Shown here piece after piece: positions 42,001-53,956 of a stretch of 64,000 nt of DNA (positions within the stretch are counted from its first letter, which is position 1; every line of letters starts with the position of its first letter). Below the pieces are notes generated by a model. The model made no database searches and had not been told where the DNA came from. It saw nothing but the letters and a program-made list of their open reading frames with translations. Where the stretch lies: positions 8,297,625 to 8,361,624 of the forward strand of contig CM082579.2 in the NCBI GenBank assembly GCA_040954595.2, read 5' to 3'. The translations under genes and the position numbers were made by a program. The stretch comes from Balanoglossus misakiensis (Eukaryota > Animalia > Hemichordata).

Positions 42001-45000
42001 CTCAGAGACAAAGTTACAGTGACATATTTTCAGTAACCTTATCATGATATAGGATTCGTCATACATTCCACTCGTAACTAAAACATTGCATCTGCTTGAC
42101 AGAAGATGGAAATACACTTCTCAGGGTTAAGATGGATTATAATAAAACTCATCTATGATCCGATCGCCGTGTTTGTTTGTACAGTCATCTTCATCTGCGG
42201 AACGTCATAGCCTGAACACTGATTACTCTGGGTTCAATTAAATGTCAACGTTCTCAGAATTGTATCCCTGAAGATCCCGTAATTGCCATTCTGGAGATAT
42301 TAGCCTTGTTTTCATCGAAAAGTGGACTTGACATGCATGCATAGATGTAATATTTCGCCAACCGTGAACAGTTTCTGTCACGGTCTCTCAAGTGTGTGGA
42401 GGGGCTGTGTATAATCTGATCGAGGCACAGTGCGCGATTTTTTACGTGGGCGTCGAAACGTATGGAATCGGTGGCGTGTCGCGAAGGTGCACTCCGTGCG
42501 TATTATTAAGAAGAGCTCGGCACGCGAACAAAGAAACTAAACTTGAGATTTGTTTGCGATTGTCGCTGTCCATCTCAAGCAGTCTCCTTGGTAACGAGGG
42601 GAGCCAGCTGTGCTGGGTAGTTTTGGGGACATTTTGTGACGGATAGCGAATTGCACTATATCTCGTTCCCATCTCCATGCACGGCTGGACACTTTACCCC
42701 AATCGCTGTCCATGGTTCTATTCGTTAAACTCATTTCGCATTAGTTTTCATATAACGGTAGATAAAACTTTGCCTAAAAACGAAACGGTTCGCGCAAGGG
42801 ATCATGGGTGTGTACACGGCGTTCTGGTTTTCATCGCAATTGAATTAAGAAGTGAAGACATCTATAACACGGTAACACGCGTGTTTCTGCGTCACCTTGA
42901 CACTCGCAACTCCGGCGACGCGAAGTTTTACCACGCAGTATACGTTATAACGAAGGGACAGTAATACACTGTGCAGAACGGCTGTCGACGTCTCGCTGGA
43001 GATAAGATCTACTCTGGTATTTCACAAAAAAACCCTCAGAGATTAATGGAACTGATAAGAAATCCGCCGCAACGTCTCTTTTCGCGCGTCAGCGAAACCA
43101 CTGATTTATTCCCGTCTCACCTTGCTGCTTCATTCAAATGCATTGTACAGACGTCGAAATTTTGACCCCTTTCTCATCACTCCATTCGCTTAATATTAAA
43201 ATAATGTCGCCTTGCGCTAATCACCCAAAATTCTGATGGATTGCCATCGATTGCTATTGAAAGGCCCAGTGGTAAACCATGTAGCGCGGTTGGGAAGTTG
43301 TGTGTGGTTACATTGTATGCGTGGTATACAGGAGCTCTGTCAGTCCACGCTGTGATAAACAGTAAGAAACAAAAGTATATAGTGCTAATAGCCTGCGTCA
43401 TATGTGAAACCCAAAAGACGGTGAATCTCGCACATCAATATTTTACGTATTGTATTGTATTGTATTGTATTGTTAATCAGTCTATTGTTTCATGCGCGGC
43501 ACTGTTTGGCAAACAACTCACAATACAATACAAACAGCGTTTTCTCAATGATAAAATACTCACCCATGACCCAAATTGCTAAGAAATAAATTCGCTGCGG
43601 TTTAAATACGCAGCCGACCCATTTTCCACAGCACCTAATAACATAAGACTATGAATAATTGGAATGTTCATTTCTGCAAGAGCAGAAAATATTATTTTGA
43701 GCTTATACGTGGTCTGCGGGCAACTAATCGTACGGATTTGCGGTACTTTGTACATCGCATAACTTGCTTGGCTAAAACAGCTCATGTCACGGAAGCAACG
43801 TTAGCGTTAACAAATCCAACAACTGCTTTGCCAATTTTGATTACAACATTTTCTCATTAAGTCTCCTTTCCTCTTGCTCGATATTCTAATATGATTTTTT
43901 TTTCTTTTGTCCAAGGTCCTCCAGTAGAAGTGATCACTGATATGTTCATTGCCAGTATTGACACAGTTCAAGAAACTACTATGGTGAGTCTAGTTTCGGC
44001 CAATAAATGACAAATATTGAAATAAAATGGTTAAGAGTATGTATGTATGTAGTTGTCTCATCACTCCCATGAAAGATGCTTCCTCGAACTTTATCTGTTT
44101 TGTAATAACCAAGAAATTTAACCAAGATATCCGATATATCCCCTTATTTTCTGACAAGTTAAGATAACACACTATGCAATTAGCTTTCCGATCCGATCGG
44201 ATGGAAACTGTGTTTGTCCCTCGTTTGTCCAACGCGAACGGTGCGTTTTCCAAACATCCGACGATGTATGAGACAAGCTATCGCACACACTATAATTGCA
44301 CACAGTCTGCGTACGGCGACGCTGGTGATCTCGTGGGAGATAAAAGACGATTATACAATGATATATGCTGTCAGCAGGTGCAGATGATCCTGGAGAGCGC
44401 CATTACTTTGCAATTGTGAAAAAAGTGGCTGAAATGCACCAAGATCTATCGGTACTATGTGCCCCGTGCAGCATTCTAGTAAAAAAGGTTGGACCCACAA
44501 TGTGCAGCGTCCATCCAAGTTTTATTTCACTTGGGAACGCACGTATTTTGCTTTCATAATTTCTTTTTCGACCTCAGCGACTTGGGAAGAAAGTTTAAAA
44601 TCAATTAATGACAGAAAATAGATTGATACACGTATTACGGCTAAGTAAGTCGATATGCGTGCCTTGACGTCACGCATACTGATAAGCATTCAAGTATTCT
44701 ACGGCAATCCCCGGATTAGTTGTACAGGAACTTGACGTTGAAATTTCATCACGAGGGATGAATTGGGATTAATTTGGGATCAGAAGCAACAAAGTACACG
44801 CCGCTTGGACCGGACTGATTAGTCGCGACAAAAATCGCCCGCTTATGTAACATCACCACACAAATTGCTAATGAGTAATAAACTTTCTTGCCAGCTGCTC
44901 TGGACGCAATTCATGCTCGCTCTTAAAACGTGTATTTTCCGAGAGGAAAGCTATTATAGGGATACAGGAACATCACTCTGGAGTCGTCTGTCTAAGGACA

Positions 45001-48000
45001 GGGGAAACACATCGCTGCGACAGTACAGCTGGTTGCACGTCACCTTGCCGTTTTCATAACATGTAGCACACATGTATGGCGTTCGTCGGACACTGAAGTA
45101 GTATTGCTCTTGTTGCAATGTTCTTCGCCCCCTCGCATCGTAATTCAACTCATCCTCGAACTATGTTAACCACACAATCCCGTCTCTGATCCCAGTCACA
45201 CTTTCGAAATACATAACAGTGTGTTTCATGCACAATGTGACACGTATGAAAACGGCAAGGGAGCAAGCAACCGGCTGTAAGACGCGACACATCACTATAC
45301 ATGTACTTTCAATCGAGATATTCAATTATGCACCAATGAATGTCGTCATACGCGTAGTTCACTGAAGCCTGATTACTTTATTGAAATGCGTGCACGATAC
45401 GAGACATCATTTACTCCCCGAATAAGTTAAGTCTGCGCAACCGATAAAATATTGTCCGCCGACAACCAAATAAAATGTACACGAGTAATTTAAATAAGTC
45501 TAATCCCTGCAGCTATATTGTTTGCAGCGCCCCTCCGAATGATGTCGCCAGTATATACATACATAAAACATACTTCTACAAAATTGCTTGGTGCGAGTTC
45601 CCGCTTAAAATGACTTTATCAGGAACGTCGAGATTAAAAGTGTGGCGCAACGTCCAATTATTCCCGGTGTATATCATTTTCTCTTTGGGCGCAGAATTAC
45701 GAAAGCATGCCACGATTTTGCCGATGAGCTGGAATTTCAGATGTCGTTCAAAGGAAAACGTTACTGGTTTCTAAGACTGTGGTCGCCAGTTAGTAGCCCA
45801 GCCTCCAACGGTTGTTAACGTGCTTCCGGGGTGAAAATCCAGTATACCGGTGCTGTAGTTTCAATCTGTTCAGTTACTGCTTCCTACAATGCAAATAGTT
45901 TAAGTTGCACAGGAGAAGAGTACTGACCATCGATTTTGCCGATCAACACAGTCAGAAAGAAACAGTGCCCGCCTTTCCCATTCAAGGTGATAATGAATAG
46001 CCAGGTGTGACCCAGACCACAATGCATGATTTAAGTGTAAAGTGATATGAATGTATCACCCTAAACACAACACAACCGCGGGCCAACCTATCATGTCCAC
46101 TTCCCGTATGTCAACAGGTGATGAAAGTCTTTGTGAGACTTGCAACAGTATTTGTCATTAACTGTGACAGACAACAGCAATGCATTCAACCACTCTGTTT
46201 CTTACCAGATGGACTTGATGAAAAATCGACGGCGAGGCAGTACATTCCTTCCGTGCGACTCAAACACGTGCCATTGTGAGGCGTCTCACCACACTCAGTC
46301 AGTCATACATGTATGCATTTCATTTCCAGAGCTACACAATGGACATCTTCATGCGCCAACAGTGGAACGACCCGCGGCTGTCGTTCACCGAATATCCCGA
46401 CGTCGTCACGGTTCACACCAAACTGCTCGACCAGATGTGGTTTCCCGACCTCTTCTTCGCCAACGAGAAGAGAGCCTACCAGCATGACGTCACGACGGAC
46501 AACAAACTTCTGAGACTCTTCCCGAACGGAAACATATTGTACAGCGTCAGGTGGGTGTCTATATACTGTAACACATTCTGGACCACTGCACACAGAAACA
46601 GGCATCGCGCCCATCCAAACCATTTTATTAGTAAAAGTATACCATCATTGATAACACATGTATCATACTACCGTCCGCCATTCTGATCGGATGAGAGCTC
46701 AATCCAGCGATGCTAACGGCTCGTGCTGTAATTGCACCAAAATTTCGTGTACACCCGCCTGTGGTGCGGCGGGGGTTATTGCTTAGCTTTAGTACGCCAT
46801 ACCAATTTTTAATCGACCTCTCTCTCCCCACACCCCTCTCTCAAACTTCTGTTCAACACATAGCCGCTTTCGCTAGTGACCTTGAACTAAATCGGTCTCG
46901 AAACAACCCGCTTGGAAATGTTAATGACCAATTGCAGTGACAGTTATGCTGTCAACACTCCGACATTAGGGATAACTCGCCCTCCCCTGGGATGGTGCAG
47001 TAAAATTAAAACGCCTTCTTCATTTTAAACAAGTCATTGTTCAACCGCAAACGAGTTTTATGCTTGCGTGATGACACCTTCCTTTTCAGTGCGCACCCTG
47101 ACTGACGTGCGCAACATCGATAACCTGTCGACAGCGACAATGCAATCATTTCAACCGCCTTATCCATGCACACAGATTAAGTTCACGCCGGGGTTTTCTT
47201 ATTAGGATTCCGTCTATCTCGGGGGATTCGCAAATGGCGCTTTCGATGACATTTCTCTTTGAAAAGGAAAAGTCATACCTTTACAGAAACTGTAACTGTT
47301 ACAGTTGTATCGAAATACTGAAATGTATTGAACCTTAATAATGAAAGTGAAGCCAATGGGGGAAATCCCTTGATGTGATTGGTCAACTTTTCCCCATTGG
47401 CCTCGCTTTGAGTTAAAATTCATGATGGCTGTGTGAGGGCGCTACACTTATGAGAAGGGTGTATAATCTTAAAATAACGTGAGATACACGGGCCTTATTG
47501 TATCCTCTCGCAAACATTCTTCTGTCAAGTTTCCTTGATGGAACTTTTTTTTATTTTCCTTGAGTGTCTGGGAAGACATCCGGCTAGCCATCGTAAATCT
47601 TTTAACAAGACCACAAAACTTAAACGGGTTGTAAATGCAGCCATAAACAGGGAGATCGTGCGTTTTCCTCCATCCATAGTTTCGGAGATGCAATCGCACT
47701 CAGACAGAGCTATCAATTTCGTTCGTGGAACTAAATCCACGCTTAGATGAACGTGAGTGTTTTATGAACTAAAAGATGATGGCGATGATAATTTGATCGA
47801 AGTTCCTTCTACATGTAGATTTGTATTAATTTGGGCTTTATAGGGATGTTAAATTTGTACTTGAAACATATCCATTTAACAATTAATCTCGAAAGTCGTA
47901 AAACGCATCTTTTAGACATCCATCACAATTAGGTCCGCAATTCTCGATTTTTACAACCGAATTTTACTACTCGTTTCGGACGATACGCCTCTGAATGTTA

Positions 48001-50093
48001 ACATTCGTAAAAAGATATATAATGAACTGAAGTAAAATTGTAAAAGACACATTCTCCGGTCAGTATTGGAGTTTTCATCTGACCTACGGCGCAGAGGGGT
48101 GCAGAATACAAACTATGATCACCTGGTAATCCGGGTCAACATCACTCCCCCCTAACTGCGCATGGTGTTACCTTTCCGAGAAAATGAATCACGCCCCAAA
48201 GAAAATTATTTCAATAGAAATACGCTGATCTTGATGGGCTCTGATTAATTATTACTGTCGCGTTTTGTCGTTCGATCGTTTGTATCCATCATGGTGCCAT
48301 TATGCAACAAACACGTAATAACCTTTCAGGTGCATGCACTGTTGAGCGACGCTGACTCTAACCCACGGTTGTGCAACTAACGCGGCGGACATGACTCCAA
48401 TAACAAAGAAGCTACAGTGAAATGAACGCATTCATTTTAAGCAATGCTGGACAGTTTCAGTAAATATCAGTGCGGCTTGGTTTTAAATCAATTATTTTTT
48501 TTTCTGGCAGGATTTTAAAATGAACTGGTCACAGCAATCTATTCACGTGACCAGAATTTACAGTCTCTAATCGACGCCAGTGTACGATGCTAATTAATAT
48601 GGCTGACACATTATTTGTTTTTTGTTTTTTTTTTTTTTCAGGCTGAGTTTAACACTCTCCTGCATGATGCAATTGAAGTATTTTCCGATGGACAAGCAGC
48701 AGTGTGGCGCGCAGTTAGAGAGCTGTAAGTTTGACAACACGTTCCTCTTGCGTCACCGATCGGTGACAAGAATTACTTCCCCAATATCTATCGGAGACGA
48801 CTGACTCTGAATGCGAATGTTATAGCGCCCCCAAAGTTAACTCTGTCTGTTCTTTTGATTATTACAAAGTTGTTTTTTTCATGACTGTTTACTCTTACAC
48901 GCTGGTACGCGGTAGATGTAGTACTTACACAGGTAATCCTACGAAATTACTTTGATCAAAATGTACTCTTTTTTATTTAAGATGGATTCAACACAGAGGA
49001 GTTAATTTTTAAATGGAGGGAAAAAGAACCGATACAGCTGCCAGCTGACCTCACGTTACCTCAGTTTGACATCGTTGGCACGAAAACCCTTTCATGTATG
49101 AAGGTTTACAATACAGGCAAGTTGAATAAAATTCATTGTTTTACAACGAAATGTTGTTAGTGATATGACTTTGTGTCGTTTTTGTTCGTGGTTGATGTAC
49201 AGATCAAAATAATTAGAAATGCGCGTATTAAGCTGTAGCTAATGTTCCAAAGTTGAAGGTTCTTTATTTCAACTTCAAAACCATACAGGGAACTACACGT
49301 GCGTCGAGGGCCGCTTCGTCATGGCGCGGCAGATGGGCTACTACCTGATTCAGACGTACATTCCCAGCATGCTCATCGTCATCCTGTCCTGGGTGTCGTT
49401 CTGGATAAGCGCCGAGTCCTCGCCGGCCAGGGTGGCTCTGGGCATCACCACCGTGCTCACCATGACAACCCAGAGCTCCGGCGCCAACGAGACACTGCCC
49501 AAGGTGTCCTACGTGAAGGCCATCGACATTTGGATGGCGGTCTGCCTCCTCTTCGTCTTCGCTGCGCTGGTCGAATTTGCGGCTGCAAATTACATGAGCA
49601 GGAAGCTCAAAGAGGAGGCGGAAATGAAAAGGAAGCTCCGTCGTCAGGTGAGGAGAAACAGTTGTTTAATTTTATTTGCAGTCCAACGACTTGGAAGCTT
49701 CATGAATATTTTTAGGCCATGGACCAGTGAAAACGGGCGTATAATTATCGCGCATCTTTCAATATTCGAGCTGTGGTACTGTTGCTCTGCGCTTTAAAAG
49801 AACCACGTTCTCTTGTTCTTTTCGCACAGAGTTGCCGGGAGAACGGCGAATCGCAAACTCTGCTGGAGATGAAACCGATGCAGACGGTCGTCAGGCCCGA
49901 CCTGAAGACGCCACCAACGGTGTCCACGACAATACCCGAGATGGACAGCAAACAGCAGCAGGACAAACTCAACTCGAATGCACAGATGATCGACCTCATT
50001 TCACGCGTCGTTTTCCCGCTCTCCTTCCTCTGCTTCAACATCGTCTACTGGGCCACCTACGTGTCAAAGTATTTTGACTATCCCTTCGAGTAA
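35945..50093 (+). CDS. GLRA-like: Glycine receptor alpha-like subunit (Cys-loop ligand-gated chloride channel), 8 coding exons, 434 aa. join(35945..36030,36468..36556,43916..43983,46330..46550,48642..48724,48982..49116,49289..49647,49830..50093)
   Basis: Manually spliced: all phases are compatible (2,1,0,2,1,1,0) and the total is 1305 nt with one terminal TAA. Motifs: signal peptide, [36 protein letters not shown], Cys-loop [15 protein letters not shown], loop [14 protein letters not shown]1-M3 [14 protein letters not shown]...[20 protein letters not shown]...[23 protein letters not shown]4 [21 protein letters not shown]. Family-level call; one-to-one orthology to a specific GLRA is not claimed. 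Confidence 0.95.
36468..36556 (+). CDS. GLRA-like: GlyR-alpha-like exon 2 ([29 protein letters not shown])
   Basis: Polypyrimidine tract with ACAG acceptor, donor G|GTAGGT; matches GlyR SDFLDKL...YDARIRPNFK. Confidence 0.95.
41429..41588 (+). repeat. Dispersed repeat, copy 1 (in intron 2)
   Basis: TTAAATAATA..GTGCCACACCCGTTTATTCAGCC..GCAAGGGTTCACAACTATCGTG..TCAAAATGGAGTCAT..AAAATATGC..GCAGCTATTG aligns collinearly with 53165-53368. Confidence 0.8.
43916..43983 (+). CDS. GLRA-like: GlyR-alpha-like exon 3 (68 nt; [23 protein letters not shown])
   Basis: Long T-tract with CAAG acceptor, donor ATG|GTGAGT; 68 nt is the typical size of this exon in GlyR/GABA-A genes. Confidence 0.95.
46330..46550 (+). 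CDS. GLRA-like: GlyR-alpha-like exon 4 (loops D, A, E; [17 protein letters not shown]...NGNILYSVR)
   Basis: TTTCCAG acceptor, AG|GTGGGT donor; lies within ORF 46276..46686. Confidence 0.97.
48642..48724 (+). CDS. GLRA-like: GlyR-alpha-like exon 5 (83 nt; Cys-loop [27 protein letters not shown])
   Basis: Poly-T with CAG acceptor, T|GTAAGT donor; C-x13-C with FPMD. Confidence 0.97.
48982..49116 (+). CDS. GLRA-like: GlyR-alpha-like exon 6 ([12 protein letters not shown]...[22 protein letters not shown])
   Basis: TTTTATTTAAG acceptor; matches GlyR FGYTMNDLIFEW...LTLPQF...CTKHYNT; ends at a non-canonical AG|GCAAGT donor. Absent from the ORF track. Confidence 0.93.
49289..49647 (+). CDS. GLRA-like: GlyR-alpha-like exon 7 (end of loop C, M1, M2, M3, basic cluster KRKLRR)
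   Basis: ATACAG acceptor, CAG|GTGAGG donor; near-identical to GlyR alpha M1-M3. Confidence 0.97.
49830..50093 (+). CDS. GLRA-like: GlyR-alpha-like exon 8 (intracellular loop, M4, stop)
   Basis: TTCTTTTCGCACAG acceptor in phase 0; M4 [21 protein letters not shown]; TAA at 50091-50093. Confidence 0.93.
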   Translation, partial: SCRENGESQTLLEMKPMQTVVRPDLKTPPTVSTTIPEMDSKQQQDKLNSNAQMIDLISRVVFPLSFLCFNIVYWATYVSKYFDYPFE

Positions 50094-50471
50094 AAGCTAT
50101 AGTTCGCAGGGAGTGGACGTGTACATTGTTATACAGGAAGTCTTGAAAAGAGCTTTGGTATCGCCCTCTGGTGGTAGCAATTCCACACAGAGCCATAGTG
50201 AAAGTCTTCCCTCGGTAAAGTGATATAGGTCGTGATGAGATACTCAATACGTCACGTTTTTACTTCCTCCACAATCAAGAACAGTGATGTCATTCGTAGT
50301 ATAAATATGTAAATATTAATCGGTTCATTGAATAGTTTATAAGGACGCGTTGCCCGAGAGATATGAATGTAAATTTTCAAGTCCGTTCGTTGGGTGGCGG
50401 TTGGTGTTTCTTGTGATATGTTCCCCTTAAAGTGTCTTCCTACTAGTTGAAAGTATAGGAACTAGTAGTAG

Positions 50472-50477
50472 AATAAA
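50472..50477 (+). terminator. Candidate polyadenylation signal of the receptor gene (another at 50656-50661)
   Basis: AATAAA ~380 bp downstream of the stop codon in an AT-rich 3' region; the real 3' end cannot be determined from sequence. Confidence 0.3.
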
Positions 50478-53164
50478 ACAATATATGCAGAATTAATGTA
50501 AATCAAAATGCGAGGTGCAGGTGTTCTATAGCAGAAGGTGTTAATGTAATTTAAACAGTCGCTGTAGCCAGGAGATTGTCATCATAAAATCAACGACCTT
50601 CGAAGCTTTGCCTCATTGCCGTCTTCTGTGACTCGTTGCCGTTAACCCAAAAAGCAATAAAAAGCATTAATCAACAAAAAATCAATATCGTGGTTAATCA
50701 CCCTATTTTTGCGGCCCCTTTGAGTTATTAATTGTCGGAAAATGAGAGCTTATGATATCAATTTACTTCGCTTTTTTGTTTACAGAAAAGAACGTATACG
50801 TACATTATACGTACATTAAGGATTGCGCATGCGTTCATTTATGCCAGGTTCACTTGGCACTCTTATCAAAATTGCACAACAACAACAAAACAACAACAAA
50901 TCTGAATATAATTATAACTACAAAGTAAGTTCCCCCGCAATAATTAGTCGGATAAAGAAAGTAGTATTTTATAAACGACATTGTCTAGCAATACCGTGCA
51001 TTCAATTCGTACATCCTGTATATATACGCCTACATGTTACTTTCCTGAACAAAATACTGGGTTAATTTAAAAACATTATTGTAAAATGTGTATTAAAACG
51101 TAGGGAACGTACTCAATATGATGTATTGACGATTTATCGAACAATATGTTTTGTGTGTTTTTTCTCCATGTTATAAAAATGAAACAGAATATTGGACAAT
51201 ACATGTACTACACTCAGATGTTTCTATACTGATACTGTACCAACAGTGTATTTTTAGTGTTACGTATCGCGGTCTTAGATTTTGTATAATCTATTTGAAG
51301 ATTGTATGATTTTTTTCCCATCAGTAAACTAAATGTCATCTAATGTTATTTCAGAGTAAAATGACCACAAACGAGTGAAACTTTAACATTACAGTGGAGT
51401 TCATTTGCCGATTACGTCATGTACGTTTTTTTGCAAGTCACTGACATCCACTCGATATTTTTCTCGGTGAAGTGGAAAATGACTCAGTGGCCATGTGTGC
51501 CGCACTAATTAATTGATTAATTTTCTCCGGGAAGTGCGCGGAAAGACAGTTAATAATGCATAAAATCATTGATTCTTTTCATTTGGCAACAATTTATTGC
51601 GTGTTCAGGGTTTAATTGTTGGGGATTTACTGGCAGTAATCATGCCGCAAATACGCTTCAAATTAATTGGATTCAGTTTGAACAAAATATTGACTCAGGT
51701 ACTTTGTGAATGTCAAATAGGATTTTTTTCAGAAGCTAAGTGTCGCCATTGATATTTCAATGTTACTTCTGCATGCAAACAATCTGTTAAATAGATGTGT
51801 ACGTACACTTTACATAATAATTAAATGTAAAACGTGTATAGTAGGATCCAGTCTAGACATTTATCACTTTGTATCGAACTTTTTAGCGATTTAGGAACAT
51901 TTCACGTAATTATTGTAAGCTTTCGGGACTGGTGGTGTTTGAGGTGCACGCTGGGTAGTTTCTTCATAGAATTCTTCCACATGTTCACTGTCGAGGTCAC
52001 ATGACTTGTGCGTAGTAGACTCCGTTGCACATGGCGGGAACGTTTCTGGGTGTTTGCTATTCGCCCAAATGTATGGCTCCAACTCTTTCCGTCTGTTTTA
52101 CTATCTGTTGCATCGCTGTCTGTCTGTCTGTCCGTTACTCTTTACTTCTGCTTTGACATTGGACTCTCGGTTCTACGAACGTGCAACCCCCCCCCCCCCC
52201 CCACCCATTTCAACCTCAGCTGTTGGTGGCTTGATGTCATTCGGTCGAGACACCATGATAGATTTACTTGTAACTCTCAAACAAAACATTTTAAAATGTG
52301 GGTGTTAGCAATATCTGTACAAACCAGTCTTTGTAAATAAATAAATAAATTGTTGGAATAAGTTGGGATTGGCTTTGTCACCTGTTATTCGACCCATTCA
52401 CCTTCTTTTAAATGTATTTTGTAGAAACTGACATTATTTCCCCCGACGAAAGTGGATGTTAACATTATCTAATATTTCCGTCAGTCGGAGTGAGTGCGAA
52501 ACGTAAAACGTTAAAAATGGCGCCACTATTCGATTGTTCCCATTCGTCTGATATTTGCTACATGTAAGTGTTTAATACTTTGCGAGCTGTCGCGTGCCGC
52601 GTATCAACTCAGCTGAATTCATTGTGACAGGAATTTTTTTATCCAAAGTTTTTTTTATTTCACCGTGGCATTCCTTTTTTACGACTTCCCTTATAAAAGC
52701 CCGGCTTTCTCAGACTGGAGAAATATTGATAAAGACACGCCGTAATGAAATTGCAAATGCAAAACAGTTATATAGTGAGTCGCTGCGAACGTGTGGTTCT
52801 TTATCAGGAATTTCCCCCACACAGCTATTTCATGCCGTGACCCATTTGATTGCAAGCTTTTACTGTAAGAGTTTTCTTAAATGCATTATCTGTCATCCTG
52901 AATATTTTGTTCAGTGCCCGTCTACGAGGGGAAAACACAAGTGGCCCGGTTATTCAATCAATCAACCGGCGGAAATGTGTTGTAAGATTCAGTTTATATA
53001 TAACTATACGACGAGACTTAAAGCCCCACTAGCTGCCACTTTTTGAACTATTTTCATGATTTTATTGTCAAACTTAGAATGATCCATTTAAATGAGCTCA
53101 CTGATAGTTATACACAAGCACACTGTCAACGTCTCATTGTGGCTGTAATGTAAAATTGAACAAA

Positions 53165-53368
53165 TTAAATAATAAATGAGTGCCGCACCCGTTTATTCAG
53201 CCGTCCATTGCAAGAGTTAACAACTATTGTGGTATACACACGTTGGTGATGGAATCTCCAGAAATTCAAAATGGTGTCATTTGTCAAATTAGGATAAGGA
53301 GATTATTGAATTATTTTCTCGATTAAAATATGCTCAAAGTGGCAGCTATTGCAATTGGGGGTTTAACT
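53165..53368 (+). repeat. Dispersed repeat, copy 2 (same orientation, with a ~45 bp extra segment)
   Basis: TTAAATAATA..GTGCCGCACCCGTTTATTCAGCC..GCAAGAGTTAACAACTATTGTG..TCAAAATGGTGTCAT..AAAATATGC..GCAGCTATTG. Confidence 0.8.
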
Positions 53369-53671
53369 ACTTTTTCTTAGTGTACTACGATTTCGGCAAC
53401 AACAAACACCGCTCGGGTAAGTTACCCATATACAGTACTCTGTCAACTCGATTACATCTGATACAACATGACATTGCTATCATATCATAAACCACGCACC
53501 ATTTGGCGTAGGCATTTCATGGAACTGACGAATGTTATTCATATTTAATCTTGATGTATCGTGACAGTTTTCGGAAAGTTAACAAAATATGCATGCTTGC
53601 TTCTGCACGTATACATGTGTGTATAAGACAGGGGACAGACTTTAAACACAGGAATTAGTTAAAAGGAATTG

Positions 53672-53784
53672 TTCATTCATTCATTCATTCATTCATTCAT
53701 TCATTCATTCATTCATTCATTCATTCATTCATTCATTCATTCATTCATTCATTCATTCATTCATTCATTCATTCATTCATTCAT
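53672..53784. repeat. (TTCA)n tetranucleotide microsatellite, ~28 units
   Basis: Directly visible perfect run. Confidence 0.98.
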
Positions 53785-53956
53785 CATTACGTAATACACA
53801 CATTATGAATAACAACATTGTTTCCTGTTTACTAAGTTCAGCTTCAAGCTTATGATAGTGATGAATGAATTTAAATTTTTCTACTTTGCTGAATGAAGTC
53901 AAGGGCTCACAAATACACCCATCGACAGGACCTACTTCCGAGAGTTGTGTACACAG

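Noticed and set aside
36557-46329. Mutually exclusive duplicate of the 68-nt exon 3, as in GLRA2 and insect Rdl/GluCl
   Set aside because: Reading introns 2 and 3 by eye found no second GPPV-like exon in phase; candidates near 39551 and 40021 fail. A tBLASTn search would be decisive.
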